Shown here one piece after another: positions 9,158-17,380 of a DNA stretch of 32,000 nt. The notes under the pieces were generated by a model, which saw nothing but the letters and a program-made list of their open reading frames with translations, was not told where the DNA came from and did not search any database. The stretch's first letter is position 1. Each line of letters starts with the position of its first letter. Origin of the DNA: Candidatus Saccharimonadota bacterium (GTDB lineage: Archaea > Nanohalarchaeota > Nanosalinia > Nanosalinales > Nanosalinaceae); contig NZ_CP180230.1 in assembly GCF_047555085.1 (NCBI RefSeq), forward strand, positions 900,001 to 932,000. The letters are read 5' to 3'. Position numbers and translations under genes: made by a program.

Positions 9158-9427
9158 CTAGTATCTTCTGAGGCTTTCTTCCAGGTCTTCGTCCAGATGT
9201 TTGTTGACGTTGACGTCTTCCTCGATGTTGTTGAGTGCTTTTCTCTGTGCGTGTGCAAGTTTCTCCAGATTGTCTACCTTGGAGTTGAGGTGTGCGATCG
9301 CCACCCATAGCTGGCCGACGGATGCGTTTTCTGCCTCCATGTAGGCCTCTTCGTTCCTGTTAGTTTTTTCCAGTATTTTTTCAAGTGATTCCTGTAGTTT
9401 ATTCGGAAGGCTGTTCATCCAGCTCAT
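9158..9427 (-). CDS. Small hypothetical coiled-coil protein (89 aa)
   Basis: The ORF has acidic, helical composition and no recognisable motif. The ATG at 9427 is preferred over the track's GTG at 9448. The A/T element ttaaatgttaa (9451-9461) is centred about 29 bp upstream. Confidence 0.5.
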   Translation of the reverse strand: MSWMNSLPNKLQESLEKILEKTNRNEEAYMEAENASVGQLWVAIAHLNSKVDNLEKLAHAQRKALNNIEEDVNVNKHLDEDLEESLRRY

Positions 9428-9489
9428 GGTTTCCACGTGGTAAAGCACTCTTAAATGTTAAACGCGTGTATGTTTACCGTGTGAAAACG

Positions 9490-10131
9490 ATGGAAAAAGG
9501 AGATCTAGTTCTTATTGACTACGTCGGCTACCAAGATGGAGAAATCTTTGACCTTTCAAACGAGGAAAGAGCGAAAGAGGAAGGCCTCTACAACGAAAAC
9601 ATGGAGTTCGGACCGGTACCGGTTCTTATCGGGGAAGGCTATGTTATCGAAGGCCTTGAAGAAGCTCTTGAAGACATGGAGGTAGGCGATGAAAAGGAAC
9701 TGGAGATCCCTTCAGATAAGGCCTACGGGAAGAGAAGCAGCGACAACATCGAGACATATCCCGAGAAAGAGTTCAAGAAACAGGACGTCAATGCAAGGCC
9801 TGGAGACCGTATAATGATAGGTAACAGGCAGGGAAGAATTCTTTCCAGAAGCAGCGGACGTGTAAAAGTAGATTTCAATCATCCTCTCTCTGGAAAAGAT
9901 CTGGAGTACGATGTGGAAGTCCTTGAGAAAGTTGAGGACGACGAGGAAAAGGCCCGGAAAATTTTCGACTACAGGCTTGGACACGGAGAAATCGAGTTCG
10001 ACGGCGACAAAGTAATCATCGATCACGACATCGAGGATCATGACCACGAGCTGCCGGAAAACGTCAAAGAGGAGATCAGAACCGAGATACTGGAAAACAC
10101 CGGCTTCGAGGAAGTAGAGATCAAGGGCTGA
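9490..10131 (+). CDS. FKBP-type peptidyl-prolyl cis-trans isomerase (archaeal SlyD-like, with insert-in-flap region)
   Basis: Starts MEKGDLVLIDYVGYQDGEIFD and contains the hallmark VDFNHPLSGKDLEYDVEVLEKV. The track's N-terminal extension from 9385 overlaps the divergent gene and was rejected. Confidence 0.85.
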   Translation: MEKGDLVLIDYVGYQDGEIFDLSNEERAKEEGLYNENMEFGPVPVLIGEGYVIEGLEEALEDMEVGDEKELEIPSDKAYGKRSSDNIETYPEKEFKKQDVNARPGDRIMIGNRQGRILSRSSGRVKVDFNHPLSGKDLEYDVEVLEKVEDDEEKARKIFDYRLGHGEIEFDGDKVIIDHDIEDHDHELPENVKEEIRTEILENTGFEEVEIKG

Positions 10132-10263
10132 AAAAATTTCAGGCCTCTCGACAGAATTTTTTCTCTACTTTTCTGTTGAATAGGCCTTTACAGGAATTTT
10201 TATTTTACGGTTTCTGGGTGTTGGTAGGTGTTTATACCGGTTTTCAGGCCTGATTTTTAGCCA

Positions 10264-10300
10264 TTTTTATATACGTTGGTGATAACAGTTTCTATAGATA
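10264..10300 (+). promoter_or_regulatory. Promoter region upstream of ftsZ with two TATA-like elements
   Basis: The elements are tttttatata (10264-10273) and tttctatagata (10289-10300), upstream of the ATG at 10314. Which one is used cannot be decided from sequence. Confidence 0.35.
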
Positions 10301-10313
10301 GGGTTGCTGTAAT

Positions 10314-11405
10314 ATGAATCAGAATGAGGCTCGAAACGCTGGAAGATCAGGAAACCAAAACCATGATATTGACAGTGAACTGGAAGATCTGATAGAACAG
10401 AGAAAAGCAGAGATTAAGGTTGTCGGCACCGGAGGAGCCGGAAACAATACTATTTCTAGACTTGTAGATGTCGGTATCGAGGGTTGTGAGACCATCGCTA
10501 TGAACACCGACGCACAGGACTTGCTTTATGCTAACGCCGACAAGAAGGTTTTGATCGGTAAGGAGCTTACAGGAGGCCTTGGAGCCGGAGCCGATCCAAA
10601 GGTTGGAGAGGAATCAGCTAAAGAGTCTCAGCAGCAGGTCAAAGAATCTATCAAAGGCGCCGACATGGTATTCATCACCTGTGGACTTGGAGGAGGAACC
10701 GGAACAGGTTCAGCACCTGTAATCGCAGAACAGGCCAAAAAAGAGGACGCACTGACAGTCGGAATCGTCACACTGCCTTTCGAGATGGAGGGACGAAGCC
10801 GACAGGAAAACGCAGAATACGGACTTGAACGCATGGAGGAAGTCGTTGACACACTGATCGTTATTCCAAACGACAAGCTCCTCGAGATCGTCCCAGACGT
10901 ATCACTCAATACAGCATTCAAGATTGCCGATGAAATACTTGTAAACGCAGTCAAAGGCGTAACAGAACTTGTTACAAAGCCAGGACTCGTCAACCTGGAC
11001 TTCGCAGACATCCGAGCTGTCATGGGCGAAGGAGGAATCGCCATGATCGGAATGGGACAGTCCGATACAGATTCAAGAGCTACAGAGGCCGTACAGAAGG
11101 CCTTGTCCAATCCTCTGCTGGACGTGGATATCGAGGGCGGAAAAGGCGCACTTGCCAACGTCACAGGAGGCACAAGCCTGTCCTTGAACGAGGCCCAGGA
11201 AGTCGTCAACACTGTAAGCGACAAGCTTTCCGATTCAGCTAAGATCATCTGGGGAGCACAGGTCAGAGAGGACATGGATGACTCACTTCAGGCGATGATC
11301 ATCGTTACAGGAGTAGATTCTCCTCAGATCTACGGGCCTGAGAAGACTCATCAGGACGAGTACGAGGATGAGATCGAGGAAGAACTCGGCGTAGAGTTCA
11401 TCTAA
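10314..11405 (+). CDS. ftsZ: Cell division GTPase FtsZ
   Basis: Contains the tubulin/FtsZ signatures GTGGAGNN and [12 protein letters not shown], plus an acidic C-terminal tail. Confidence 0.95.
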   Translation: MNQNEARNAGRSGNQNHDIDSELEDLIEQRKAEIKVVGTGGAGNNTISRLVDVGIEGCETIAMNTDAQDLLYANADKKVLIGKELTGGLGAGADPKVGEESAKESQQQVKESIKGADMVFITCGLGGGTGTGSAPVIAEQAKKEDALTVGIVTLPFEMEGRSRQENAEYGLERMEEVVDTLIVIPNDKLLEIVPDVSLNTAFKIADEILVNAVKGVTELVTKPGLVNLDFADIRAVMGEGGIAMIGMGQSDTDSRATEAVQKALSNPLLDVDIEGGKGALANVTGGTSLSLNEAQEVVNTVSDKLSDSAKIIWGAQVREDMDDSLQAMIIVTGVDSPQIYGPEKTHQDEYEDEIEEELGVEFI

Positions 11406-11418
11406 AAAAAATTTTCAG

Positions 11419-11438
11419 AGGCCTCTTCAAGGAGGCCT
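11419..11438 (+). terminator. Hairpin from two AGGCCT copies (7-bp stem AGGCCTC/GAGGCCT, 6-nt loop) 14 nt after the ftsZ stop, followed by T-rich DNA
   Basis: The context reads taaaaaaaaattttcagAGGCCTCttcaagGAGGCCTtgtacatactcatttttcattaattttt. Confidence 0.5.
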
Positions 11439-11518
11439 TGTACATACTCATTTTTCATTAATTTTTCTTGCTTCAGGAAGGTTTCTGTTTAAAAACGAGC
11501 AGTTGTATAATTCTCTGT

Positions 11519-11860
11519 ATGGAGCGAGCAGCTTTTCTGATCATTTCACTGGCTATAGTTGTCTCCGGATGTACAGGTGGAGGAAGCAATGCCAGCGAAA
11601 AAAGTGTTACATGCAGCTCCATGCATCTGAAAGTTGTCGCTGCCGACGGTTCCGAGGCCCAGGTACGAAATCTCGGTGACGGAAGCTACGGCAACGTTAC
11701 TGTTTCATGGGATTACTACAACAGCGGATTCGTTCAGAAAGAGTTCCCTGCTCCAGAAGCCGGAAAAACAGTCAGCTATGAAAGCGGCGATTCAGGGCCT
11801 GTAAGAAGTGTTGAAGTGCAGCATAACGACTGTCCTTCACGCAGAGGCTCATTCCCTTAG
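11519..11860 (+). CDS. Small secreted protein, probable lipoprotein (113 aa)
   Basis: MERAAFLIISLAIVVSGCTGGG is a signal peptide with a lipobox-like VSGC. The ATG at 11519 is preferred over the track's 11468. The element ctgtttaaaaacg (11485-11497) is centred about 28 bp upstream. Confidence 0.6.
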   Translation: MERAAFLIISLAIVVSGCTGGGSNASEKSVTCSSMHLKVVAADGSEAQVRNLGDGSYGNVTVSWDYYNSGFVQKEFPAPEAGKTVSYESGDSGPVRSVEVQHNDCPSRRGSFP

Positions 11861-11898
11861 AGGCCTTCATGTGAGTTTTCCACGAGTTTTTTCGTTCA

Positions 11899-11910
11899 GT
11901 TTATAAGTTT
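11899..11910 (+). promoter_or_regulatory. TATA-like box upstream of the secE-spt5-L11-L1-L10 operon
   Basis: The element gtttataagttt implies a 5' leader of about 90 nt. secE itself has a GGTGA Shine-Dalgarno site (12009-12013) 5 nt before the ATG at 12019. Confidence 0.4.
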
Positions 11911-12018
11911 TGGCTTCGCTTTTCTGTGTAACCCGTTGGAACCACTTCTGGTGGGAGGGAGCCGTAGAATCTGTTTGTATGGCTGTTTCTACCTGCTGGA
12001 AGGGTTAGGGTGATTGAT

Positions 12019-12240
12019 ATGGATTTTAAACCTGGTAAAATTAAGGAGAAAGTCGTGGGAAAGAAGAACGATCTGAAGAACAGTTTGAAGGAGATGCGCA
12101 GAGTTCTGAAGATCACTGAGAAACCTGACAGAGAAGAGTTCTCTATGAGCGCCAAGGTTACCGGTGCTGGTATGCTCTTGATTGGTTTAATCGGTTTCGC
12201 ATTTTATCTAGCTTCAAACCTGATCCCACAGTTCCTGTAG
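12019..12240 (+). CDS. secE: Protein translocase subunit SecE (Sec61 gamma)
   Basis: Contains RVLKITEKPDREEFSMSAKVTGAGMLLIGLIGFAFYL, a single C-terminal TM helix. It sits immediately upstream of spt5/nusG, the conserved position. Confidence 0.85.
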   Translation: MDFKPGKIKEKVVGKKNDLKNSLKEMRRVLKITEKPDREEFSMSAKVTGAGMLLIGLIGFAFYLASNLIPQFL

Positions 12241-12251
12241 GATGTGAAAGT

Positions 12252-12689
12252 ATGATACTTACTGCCCGAACGACACGAGGACGAGAAAAGACTGCCGTAA
12301 ACGCTCTTAAAAGCAAAGTTAAGAACAAAGATCTTGATATAAAGGCGGTTTTCCATCCTGAGGATCTGAAAGGATACATCTTTATCGAAGGTTCTGAATC
12401 CGATATCCGTGATCTCTCATCCGAAGTTAGAGCTATCAACGGAATCATTGATGAGGAAGTAGGCGTCGATGAGATCGAGAAGTATCTAAGCGATGAGCAG
12501 GAAGAGATCAAGATCGAGGAAGGCGACGAAGTCGAGGTTATCGGCGGAGCCTTCAAGGGCGAAGAAGCGAAGATCACCAGAGTCGATGAAACCAACAGAG
12601 AAGTCACAATCGAACTTCTCGACGCAGCTGTACCGATCCCGACAACTGTAGATGCGGACATGGTACGGAAGAAGGCAAATCAGGGCTAA
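12252..12689 (+). CDS. spt5: Transcription elongation factor Spt5 (archaeal NusG)
   Basis: Has an NGN domain (KGYIFIEG) and a KOW motif (GDEVEVIGGAFKGEEAKITRVD). Synteny is secE-spt5-L11. Confidence 0.9.
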   Translation: MILTARTTRGREKTAVNALKSKVKNKDLDIKAVFHPEDLKGYIFIEGSESDIRDLSSEVRAINGIIDEEVGVDEIEKYLSDEQEEIKIEEGDEVEVIGGAFKGEEAKITRVDETNREVTIELLDAAVPIPTTVDADMVRKKANQG

Positions 12690-12737
12690 AAAACACAAAA
12701 AATTAATTTCAATCAATAATCACGAGGTAAAAATATT

Positions 12738-13238
12738 ATGGGAGACAAGACTACCATCAGCACATTGGTAGAAGGAGGATCAGCTTCTGCTGGGCCTCCG
12801 CTAGGACCAGAACTAGGACCACTCCCTACAGACGTAGGAGAAGTGGTCGGCAAAATCAACGAGAAAACTTCAGAGTTTGAAGGACAGGAAGTACCTGTAG
12901 ATGTCATCGTAGACGAGGAAACAGGAGACTTCGAGATCGAAGTCGGAAAGCCTCCTGCAGCAGGCCTCATCAAGGAAGAGGTCGGTATTGCATCAGGAGC
13001 AGCAGAGCCTAACAGAGAAAAGGTTGCTGACATGTCCTTCGACCAGCTCTGCAAAGTCGCACGCATGAAAGCTTCGGATCTAGTCGCGAAGGATCTTCGT
13101 GGAGCGATCAAGGAGATCGCAGGCACCGCCCAGTCTATGGGAGTGCAGATCGACGGCAAGGATGCGTACGATTTCCAGCATGAAGTCTCTGAAGGAAAAT
13201 ACGACGATAAAATCGAGGCCGCGGAGGGCCTCAACTAG
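12738..13238 (+). CDS. rpl11: 50S ribosomal protein L11 (uL11)
   Basis: Contains VEGGSASAGPPLGPELGPL. An SD-like gaggt (12724-12728) lies upstream and the operon context fits. Confidence 0.95.
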   Translation: MGDKTTISTLVEGGSASAGPPLGPELGPLPTDVGEVVGKINEKTSEFEGQEVPVDVIVDEETGDFEIEVGKPPAAGLIKEEVGIASGAAEPNREKVADMSFDQLCKVARMKASDLVAKDLRGAIKEIAGTAQSMGVQIDGKDAYDFQHEVSEGKYDDKIEAAEGLN

Positions 13239-13244
13239 AGGTGA
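13238..13244 (+). promoter_or_regulatory. Shine-Dalgarno site (GAGGTGA) for L1
   Basis: It lies 6 nt upstream of the ATG at 13251 and overlaps the L11 stop codon region. Confidence 0.6.
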
Positions 13245-13250
13245 TAATTA

Positions 13251-13871
13251 ATGGATTTTGAAGAAGCAGTTGAGAGAGCGATTGAGGAAGCTGAAGACAG
13301 GAACTTCACTGAGAGTGTTGATCTGATTATGAACTTCAGAGGCCTCGATCTTTCCGATCCTAACAACAGGATCAACGATGATCTGAAGCTGCCGAATCAG
13401 GCAGATGAGGACATCAAGATCGCAGTCATTGGAGATTCTCTGAGCGGGGACAGCGCTGATAGACATATCAGTGAAGATGAGCTTGAGGAGATGTTTGATG
13501 AGCCTAACAAGGCGAAGAAGCTTGCTGATGATTTCACTTTCCTGATTGCAGAGGCACCTCTGATGCCTAAGATCGGACAGCAGCTTGGACAGGTATTCGG
13601 ACCGCGCAACATGATGCCGGATCCAACACCTCCAGGAAGCGATCTTGAGGACGAGATCGAGGATCTGAGGAATACGGTTTCGCTCTCAGTTAAGGAGCAG
13701 CCTCTTCTACAGATCAAAGTTGGTAAGGAGGATCACGATCCTAGCGATGTAGCTAGAAACGCCAACACAGTCTACAATTTTGTGGAAGAGAATCTTCCTC
13801 AGGGAGGAAACCACATCAAAAACGTCATGGTGAAGACCACCATGGGACCTTCAGTAGAGGTGGATAACTAA
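13251..13871 (+). CDS. rpl1: 50S ribosomal protein L1 (uL1)
   Basis: The position between L11 and L10, the length (206 aa), and motifs such as FLIAEAPLMPKIGQQLGQVFGPRNMMP support the call. Confidence 0.9.
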   Translation: MDFEEAVERAIEEAEDRNFTESVDLIMNFRGLDLSDPNNRINDDLKLPNQADEDIKIAVIGDSLSGDSADRHISEDELEEMFDEPNKAKKLADDFTFLIAEAPLMPKIGQQLGQVFGPRNMMPDPTPPGSDLEDEIEDLRNTVSLSVKEQPLLQIKVGKEDHDPSDVARNANTVYNFVEENLPQGGNHIKNVMVKTTMGPSVEVDN

Positions 13872-13913
13872 TGCGAAAATCCAAGATTTTCTCCATTAGC
13901 CCAGAAAACAACG

Positions 13914-13920
13914 GAGGTGT
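13914..13920 (+). promoter_or_regulatory. Shine-Dalgarno site (GGAGGTG) for L10/P0
   Basis: It lies 9 nt upstream of the ATG at 13930. Confidence 0.6.
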
Positions 13921-13929
13921 TTTCGAGTA

Positions 13930-14886
13930 ATGGTGCAGCCTAAGCCAAAGAATCTGACACGTGAACAGAAAGAGGCAAAGGTAGAAGAGTTCGCAGATGC
14001 TCTTGAGGAGTACGATGTAATCGGAATCCTCGATATGCAGTCTCTGCCTGCAAGACAGCTTCAGGAGATCGAGTCAGAGATCGAAGAGTTCGCTGACATC
14101 AAGATGTCCCGAAAGACCTTGATGAACATCGCGCTTGACAACGCTGAGAAAGACGGAATCGATGAGCTGGATACAGACGAAGCAATGCAGCCAGCATTCA
14201 TCTTCTCCAAGAAAGATCCTTTCCAGCTTTACTCACTGATTCAGGACAATCAGACGAGTGCAGCTGCTGACGGAGGAGAGATCGCTCCGAACGATATTGA
14301 AATCCCTGAAGGAGATACAGGAATAGGGCCTGGCCCTATGCTTGGAAAGCTGCAGGGTGCTGGAGCACAGGTACAGGTAGATGATGGATCTATCCACGTA
14401 CAGGATCCGGCAGTTATCGTTGAAGCAGGAGAGGAAATTACAGCAGACGACGCTGAAATCCTGAACCAGCTTGGTATCGAGCCTCTACAGATCGGACTTG
14501 ATCTTGTAGTTGCATACAGCGATGGAGAGATCTTCACGTCAGAAGAACTTGACATCGATACAGATGCATACAGAGAAGACATCGAAAGCGCAGCAGCAGC
14601 CGGATTCAACCTTGCAGTCAACGCAGGAGTTGTCAACGAGACAACAGCACCGGCAATCATCAGCGAAGCTGCACAGAAGGCTCGCAACCTTGCAATCAGC
14701 GAAGGCCTTCCAGAGGAAGAAACTATCGAAGAAGCAGTCAGCTACGCAGCCTCAGCAGCAGAAGCAGTTGAGTCAGAAGTAGATCTGGAAGCAGCAAAGG
14801 AAGCTGAAGAAGACGATGAGTCTGAAGAACCTGAGGAAGAGGCCTCAGAGGATTCAGACGACGAAGAATCAGAAGAAGAGGAATAA
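13930..14886 (+). CDS. rpl10: 50S ribosomal protein L10 / acidic stalk protein P0 (uL10)
   Basis: The 318-aa protein has a long acidic Glu/Asp/Ser C-terminal tail. It lies after L1, as in archaeal stalk operons. Confidence 0.9.
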   Translation: MVQPKPKNLTREQKEAKVEEFADALEEYDVIGILDMQSLPARQLQEIESEIEEFADIKMSRKTLMNIALDNAEKDGIDELDTDEAMQPAFIFSKKDPFQLYSLIQDNQTSAAADGGEIAPNDIEIPEGDTGIGPGPMLGKLQGAGAQVQVDDGSIHVQDPAVIVEAGEEITADDAEILNQLGIEPLQIGLDLVVAYSDGEIFTSEELDIDTDAYREDIESAAAAGFNLAVNAGVVNETTAPAIISEAAQKARNLAISEGLPEEETIEEAVSYAASAAEAVESEVDLEAAKEAEEDDESEEPEEEASEDSDDEESEEEE

Positions 14887-14979
14887 AATCCTCCTTTTTC
14901 CTCTTATTCTTCACACATAAATTTTTCTTTTCTCAATTTTCCGATAGATTTTTCCCAGTAGTTAGTCCAAGTGTATTTC

Positions 14980-15372
14980 ATGGAAAGTTCTGGAATCGAC
15001 CACGTGAATATCAGAATCCCGGAGGATGGAGTGGAAGAAGCTGTAAATTTCTACCAGGAAGTGCTCGGCTTCAGGCCGATGAAACTTGAAGAGTTCCAGA
15101 ACGATGAAAGAACTTCTTTCTTCTTCCGGATAAGCGAAGACTCAGTAATCAATATCAGGCCTAAAGAAGATTTCCAGAGGCCTTCAGGGAAAAACTTCGA
15201 TCATTTCTGCATAAGCCTGAAAGAGAAAATCGGGGATGTGAAAGAACTCATGAAAGAAAACAGTATCGAAATCCTCAGAGAGGGAAGTCCGTTAGGCGCA
15301 AAAGGCCGAGGCCCCGGCGTCTATATCAGGGATCCTTTCGGCTACAGGATAGAACTGAAGGCTGAAAAATGA
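14980..15372 (+). CDS. VOC/glyoxalase-family protein
   Basis: Contains GIDHVNIRIP...FYQEVLGFRP...DHFCISL...YIRDPFGYRIEL, typical of the glyoxalase/bleomycin-resistance/dioxygenase fold. The ATG at 14980 is preferred over the GTG at 14971. Confidence 0.75.
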   Translation: MESSGIDHVNIRIPEDGVEEAVNFYQEVLGFRPMKLEEFQNDERTSFFFRISEDSVINIRPKEDFQRPSGKNFDHFCISLKEKIGDVKELMKENSIEILREGSPLGAKGRGPGVYIRDPFGYRIELKAEK

Positions 15373-16092
15373 TCAGTTGCCTATCAGGCCTTTAACTTTC
15401 TCGGATTCCTGTGCCATCAGCTCTGCAATTTTCTCCGAGTCACCTTTCTCCAGTGCAAGTTCAAAGCTTTTCTCCCGGGAGTAAAGCTTACCTTCGAAGT
15501 CCTCCACAGGGACTTCTTTCTTATCCAGGAAAATTTTTCCGTCTCTGATAGTTCCTTTTTCATCGATCAGCGCCGGGAGATCTTCTTCAAAATCGGTCAG
15601 TGAGAAAATTTCCTGTAAAAACTTTGGATACCTCAGCTCGTGCCTTGATTCACGGGAGTAAACCCTATACTCCACATCACCAATTTCATCAAGGAGTACA
15701 GAAAACCTCTGCACCAGGCCTTTCCCGGAAGCCATGTATGTCGGTGTTCCTTCACGATTCTCCTTCACAGAGGCCTCTACACGTGTCAGAAGCTCACTGG
15801 AAATCTCAAGTGGAAATCTCGGCTCCGCTATCTGACCGCTGCTGCCAGGACCTTTCAGTAATATTATCTGATCTGTATTGTTCACACCCATTATCTGACG
15901 GACAAAATCTACAGGCAAAGCAAGATCTTTGGACTTCCAGTTGTAGATTTTTGAAGAGGAGTAGTCGAAGGCCTCTGCCAGGTTTTTCACTCCGCCAAAT
16001 TCATCGACTCGGTGCCAGAGATCTTTTTTTCCTTTGTCTGAGAGTTTGACACGAAAATTTTCAGGAAGTTCTGATAACTCTACTCGAGGCAT
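15373..16092 (-). CDS. Hypothetical protein (239 aa), possibly with an N-terminal HTH-like segment
   Basis: This is a long clean ORF with acidic composition. The segment LAEAFDYSSSKIYNWKSKDLALPVDFVRQI looks like an HTH, but no family was recognised. The ATG at 16092 is preferred. Its stop abuts the VOC gene's stop with no spacer. Confidence 0.55.
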   Translation of the reverse strand: MPRVELSELPENFRVKLSDKGKKDLWHRVDEFGGVKNLAEAFDYSSSKIYNWKSKDLALPVDFVRQIMGVNNTDQIILLKGPGSSGQIAEPRFPLEISSELLTRVEASVKENREGTPTYMASGKGLVQRFSVLLDEIGDVEYRVYSRESRHELRYPKFLQEIFSLTDFEEDLPALIDEKGTIRDGKIFLDKKEVPVEDFEGKLYSREKSFELALEKGDSEKIAELMAQESEKVKGLIGN

Positions 16093-16114
16093 TTGTAATG
16101 ATCTATGCAAGAGA

Positions 16115-16126
16115 GTTTTTTAAGGG
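16115..16126. promoter_or_regulatory. A/T-rich element (gttttttaaggg) likely serving both divergent genes
   Basis: It is centred about 28 bp from the minus-strand ATG at 16092 and about 40 bp from the L12 ATG at 16162. L12 additionally has a GGTGA SD at 16150-16154. Confidence 0.4.
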
Positions 16127-16161
16127 TTGTCTCCTCTTTTCCCTTCATTGGTGAATAATTC

Positions 16162-16470
16162 ATGGAACTAATCTACGCAGCACTTACACTTTCAGAAGCA
16201 GACAAAGAAATCACAGAAGAGAATCTTCAGGACATCGTCGACGCAGCAGGTCTAGACGTCGAGGATTCCGAAGTAGCAGCTCTAGTCGCAGCACTAGAAG
16301 ATGTCGACATCCAGGAAGCAATGGAGACAGCAGTTGCAGGCGGAGCAGCAGCTCCAGCACCAGCAGCAGAAGAAGCTGACGAAGCTGAAGAAGAGGCAGA
16401 GGAAGAAGAGGAAGACGACGACGATGCTTCAGAAGACGAAGCAGCTGAAGGCCTAGGAAACATGTTCTAA
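16162..16470 (+). CDS. rpl12: 50S ribosomal stalk protein L12 / P1
   Basis: Starts MELIYAALTLSEADKEITEENLQDIVDAAGLDVE, followed by an Ala-rich hinge, an acidic tail and a C-terminal GLGNMF. Confidence 0.95.
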   Translation: MELIYAALTLSEADKEITEENLQDIVDAAGLDVEDSEVAALVAALEDVDIQEAMETAVAGGAAAPAPAAEEADEAEEEAEEEEEDDDDASEDEAAEGLGNMF

Positions 16471-16618
16471 AGGCCTCCCTTCTTACTCCACATTTCTCTT
16501 CTTTTTTCTTATCCAAAAACACGTTATACAGGATTTTCTGCAGGTTTCGGACAGTTTAATGAGTATTTCAGGCTCTTTGGCCAAATAAATTATAAAGTAA
16601 AATCCCGTATATGGAGTT

Positions 16619-17380
16619 ATGGCAGTAAATGCCCTTGATATTCTGAAGCACGCCTTTGGTAGTTTGAAAACCCCTGTAGGCCAGAAAGTTGTAGGCCTGT
16701 TCTTCCTAGTTCAAGCACTGAACATCGGAGGAACACTTCTTATGGAGTCAGGATCGGGCACCATGATCGGTATCAGCGTTGCGTTAAGCCTTGTAGCTGC
16801 ACTGGTCGGTGTCATATCTACCATTGGAGGCCTCAGAGCATTTAGAGAGGGAGAGTTCAGTAAAGAGATGTTTACAGAGAACCTTGTATGGCCTTTCGGG
16901 CGTATCCTGGGAGCAAATATAACAACAGCAATCTTGGCATACGCACTGGGCTTCCTGTTCATTCTACCGGCAGGAATCCTGGCAATGCTTTCCGGAGCAG
17001 CTACTCCATCTGGCGTAGCCGCATCAGGAGGCCTTACAATGATTCTGGGCATCCTAGGCCTGATCATGGGACTTGGAGCGTTCTTCTACGTTACAGTCGC
17101 ACTGATCCTGTCACAGCCTCTTCTGGCTATAGACGACAGACGGCTTTTCCAGGCCCTGGATGAAAGTATTCAGAGAACAAAGGGCCACAGATCAAGCATC
17201 TTTGTAGCCCTTCTGGGACTGGTGCTTGTATACTTGCTTCTATGGGCTGTATTCGCAGCTATCGGAGCTGTAGGCCCAGACTTCATCACGATGCTTGGCC
17301 TTCTAGTCGTAGGACCAATCGTGACATCAGCAAGCTTGAGCCTACTGAACTACCTCACCGAAGAACTACCAGAGGCCTAA
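16619..17380 (+). CDS. Polytopic integral membrane protein, function unknown
   Basis: It has about 6 hydrophobic segments (for example VVGLFFLVQALNIGGTLL, ILAYALGFLFILPAGILAML, IFVALLGLVLVYLLLWAVFAAIG). The element aaataaattataaag (16584-16598) is centred about 27 bp upstream. Confidence 0.6.
   Translation: MAVNALDILKHAFGSLKTPVGQKVVGLFFLVQALNIGGTLLMESGSGTMIGISVALSLVAALVGVISTIGGLRAFREGEFSKEMFTENLVWPFGRILGANITTAILAYALGFLFILPAGILAMLSGAATPSGVAASGGLTMILGILGLIMGLGAFFYVTVALILSQPLLAIDDRRLFQALDESIQRTKGHRSSIFVALLGLVLVYLLLWAVFAAIGAVGPDFITMLGLLVVGPIVTSASLSLLNYLTEELPEA

Noticed and set aside
8919-9308. Overlapping Arg/Lys/Gln-rich minus-strand ORFs (129 aa and 83 aa) spanning the LamG gene start and the intergenic gap.
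   Set aside because: They lie in alternative frames across a well-supported LamG gene and across an intergenic hairpin. Their basic low-complexity composition is at odds with the acidic proteome.
10628-11275. A 215-aa minus-strand ORF inside ftsZ.
   Set aside because: It is the antisense frame of a strongly supported FtsZ gene. Ser/Thr/Pro-rich shadow ORFs of this kind recur opposite acidic GA-rich coding sequence. The same applies to 12158-12661, 12713-13234, 13397-13717, 14250-14687, 16211-16522, 16227-16463, 25703-26242 and 5835-6317.
11861-12018. Possible tRNA or small RNA in the 158-bp gap upstream of secE, by analogy with the bacterial tRNA-Trp-secE arrangement.
   Set aside because: On neither strand could I find an acceptor-stem complementarity or a T-arm (GTTCRANYC-like) consensus. 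The region is better explained as promoter plus 5' leader. No tRNA-like sequence was seen in the other intergenic gaps either.
14780-14886. GAA/GAG/GAT-rich low-complexity runs at the 3' ends of L10 and L12 (also 16370-16450), considered as tandem DNA repeats.
   Set aside because: These encode the acidic C-terminal tails typical of archaeal P0/P1 stalk proteins. They are not independent repeat elements.
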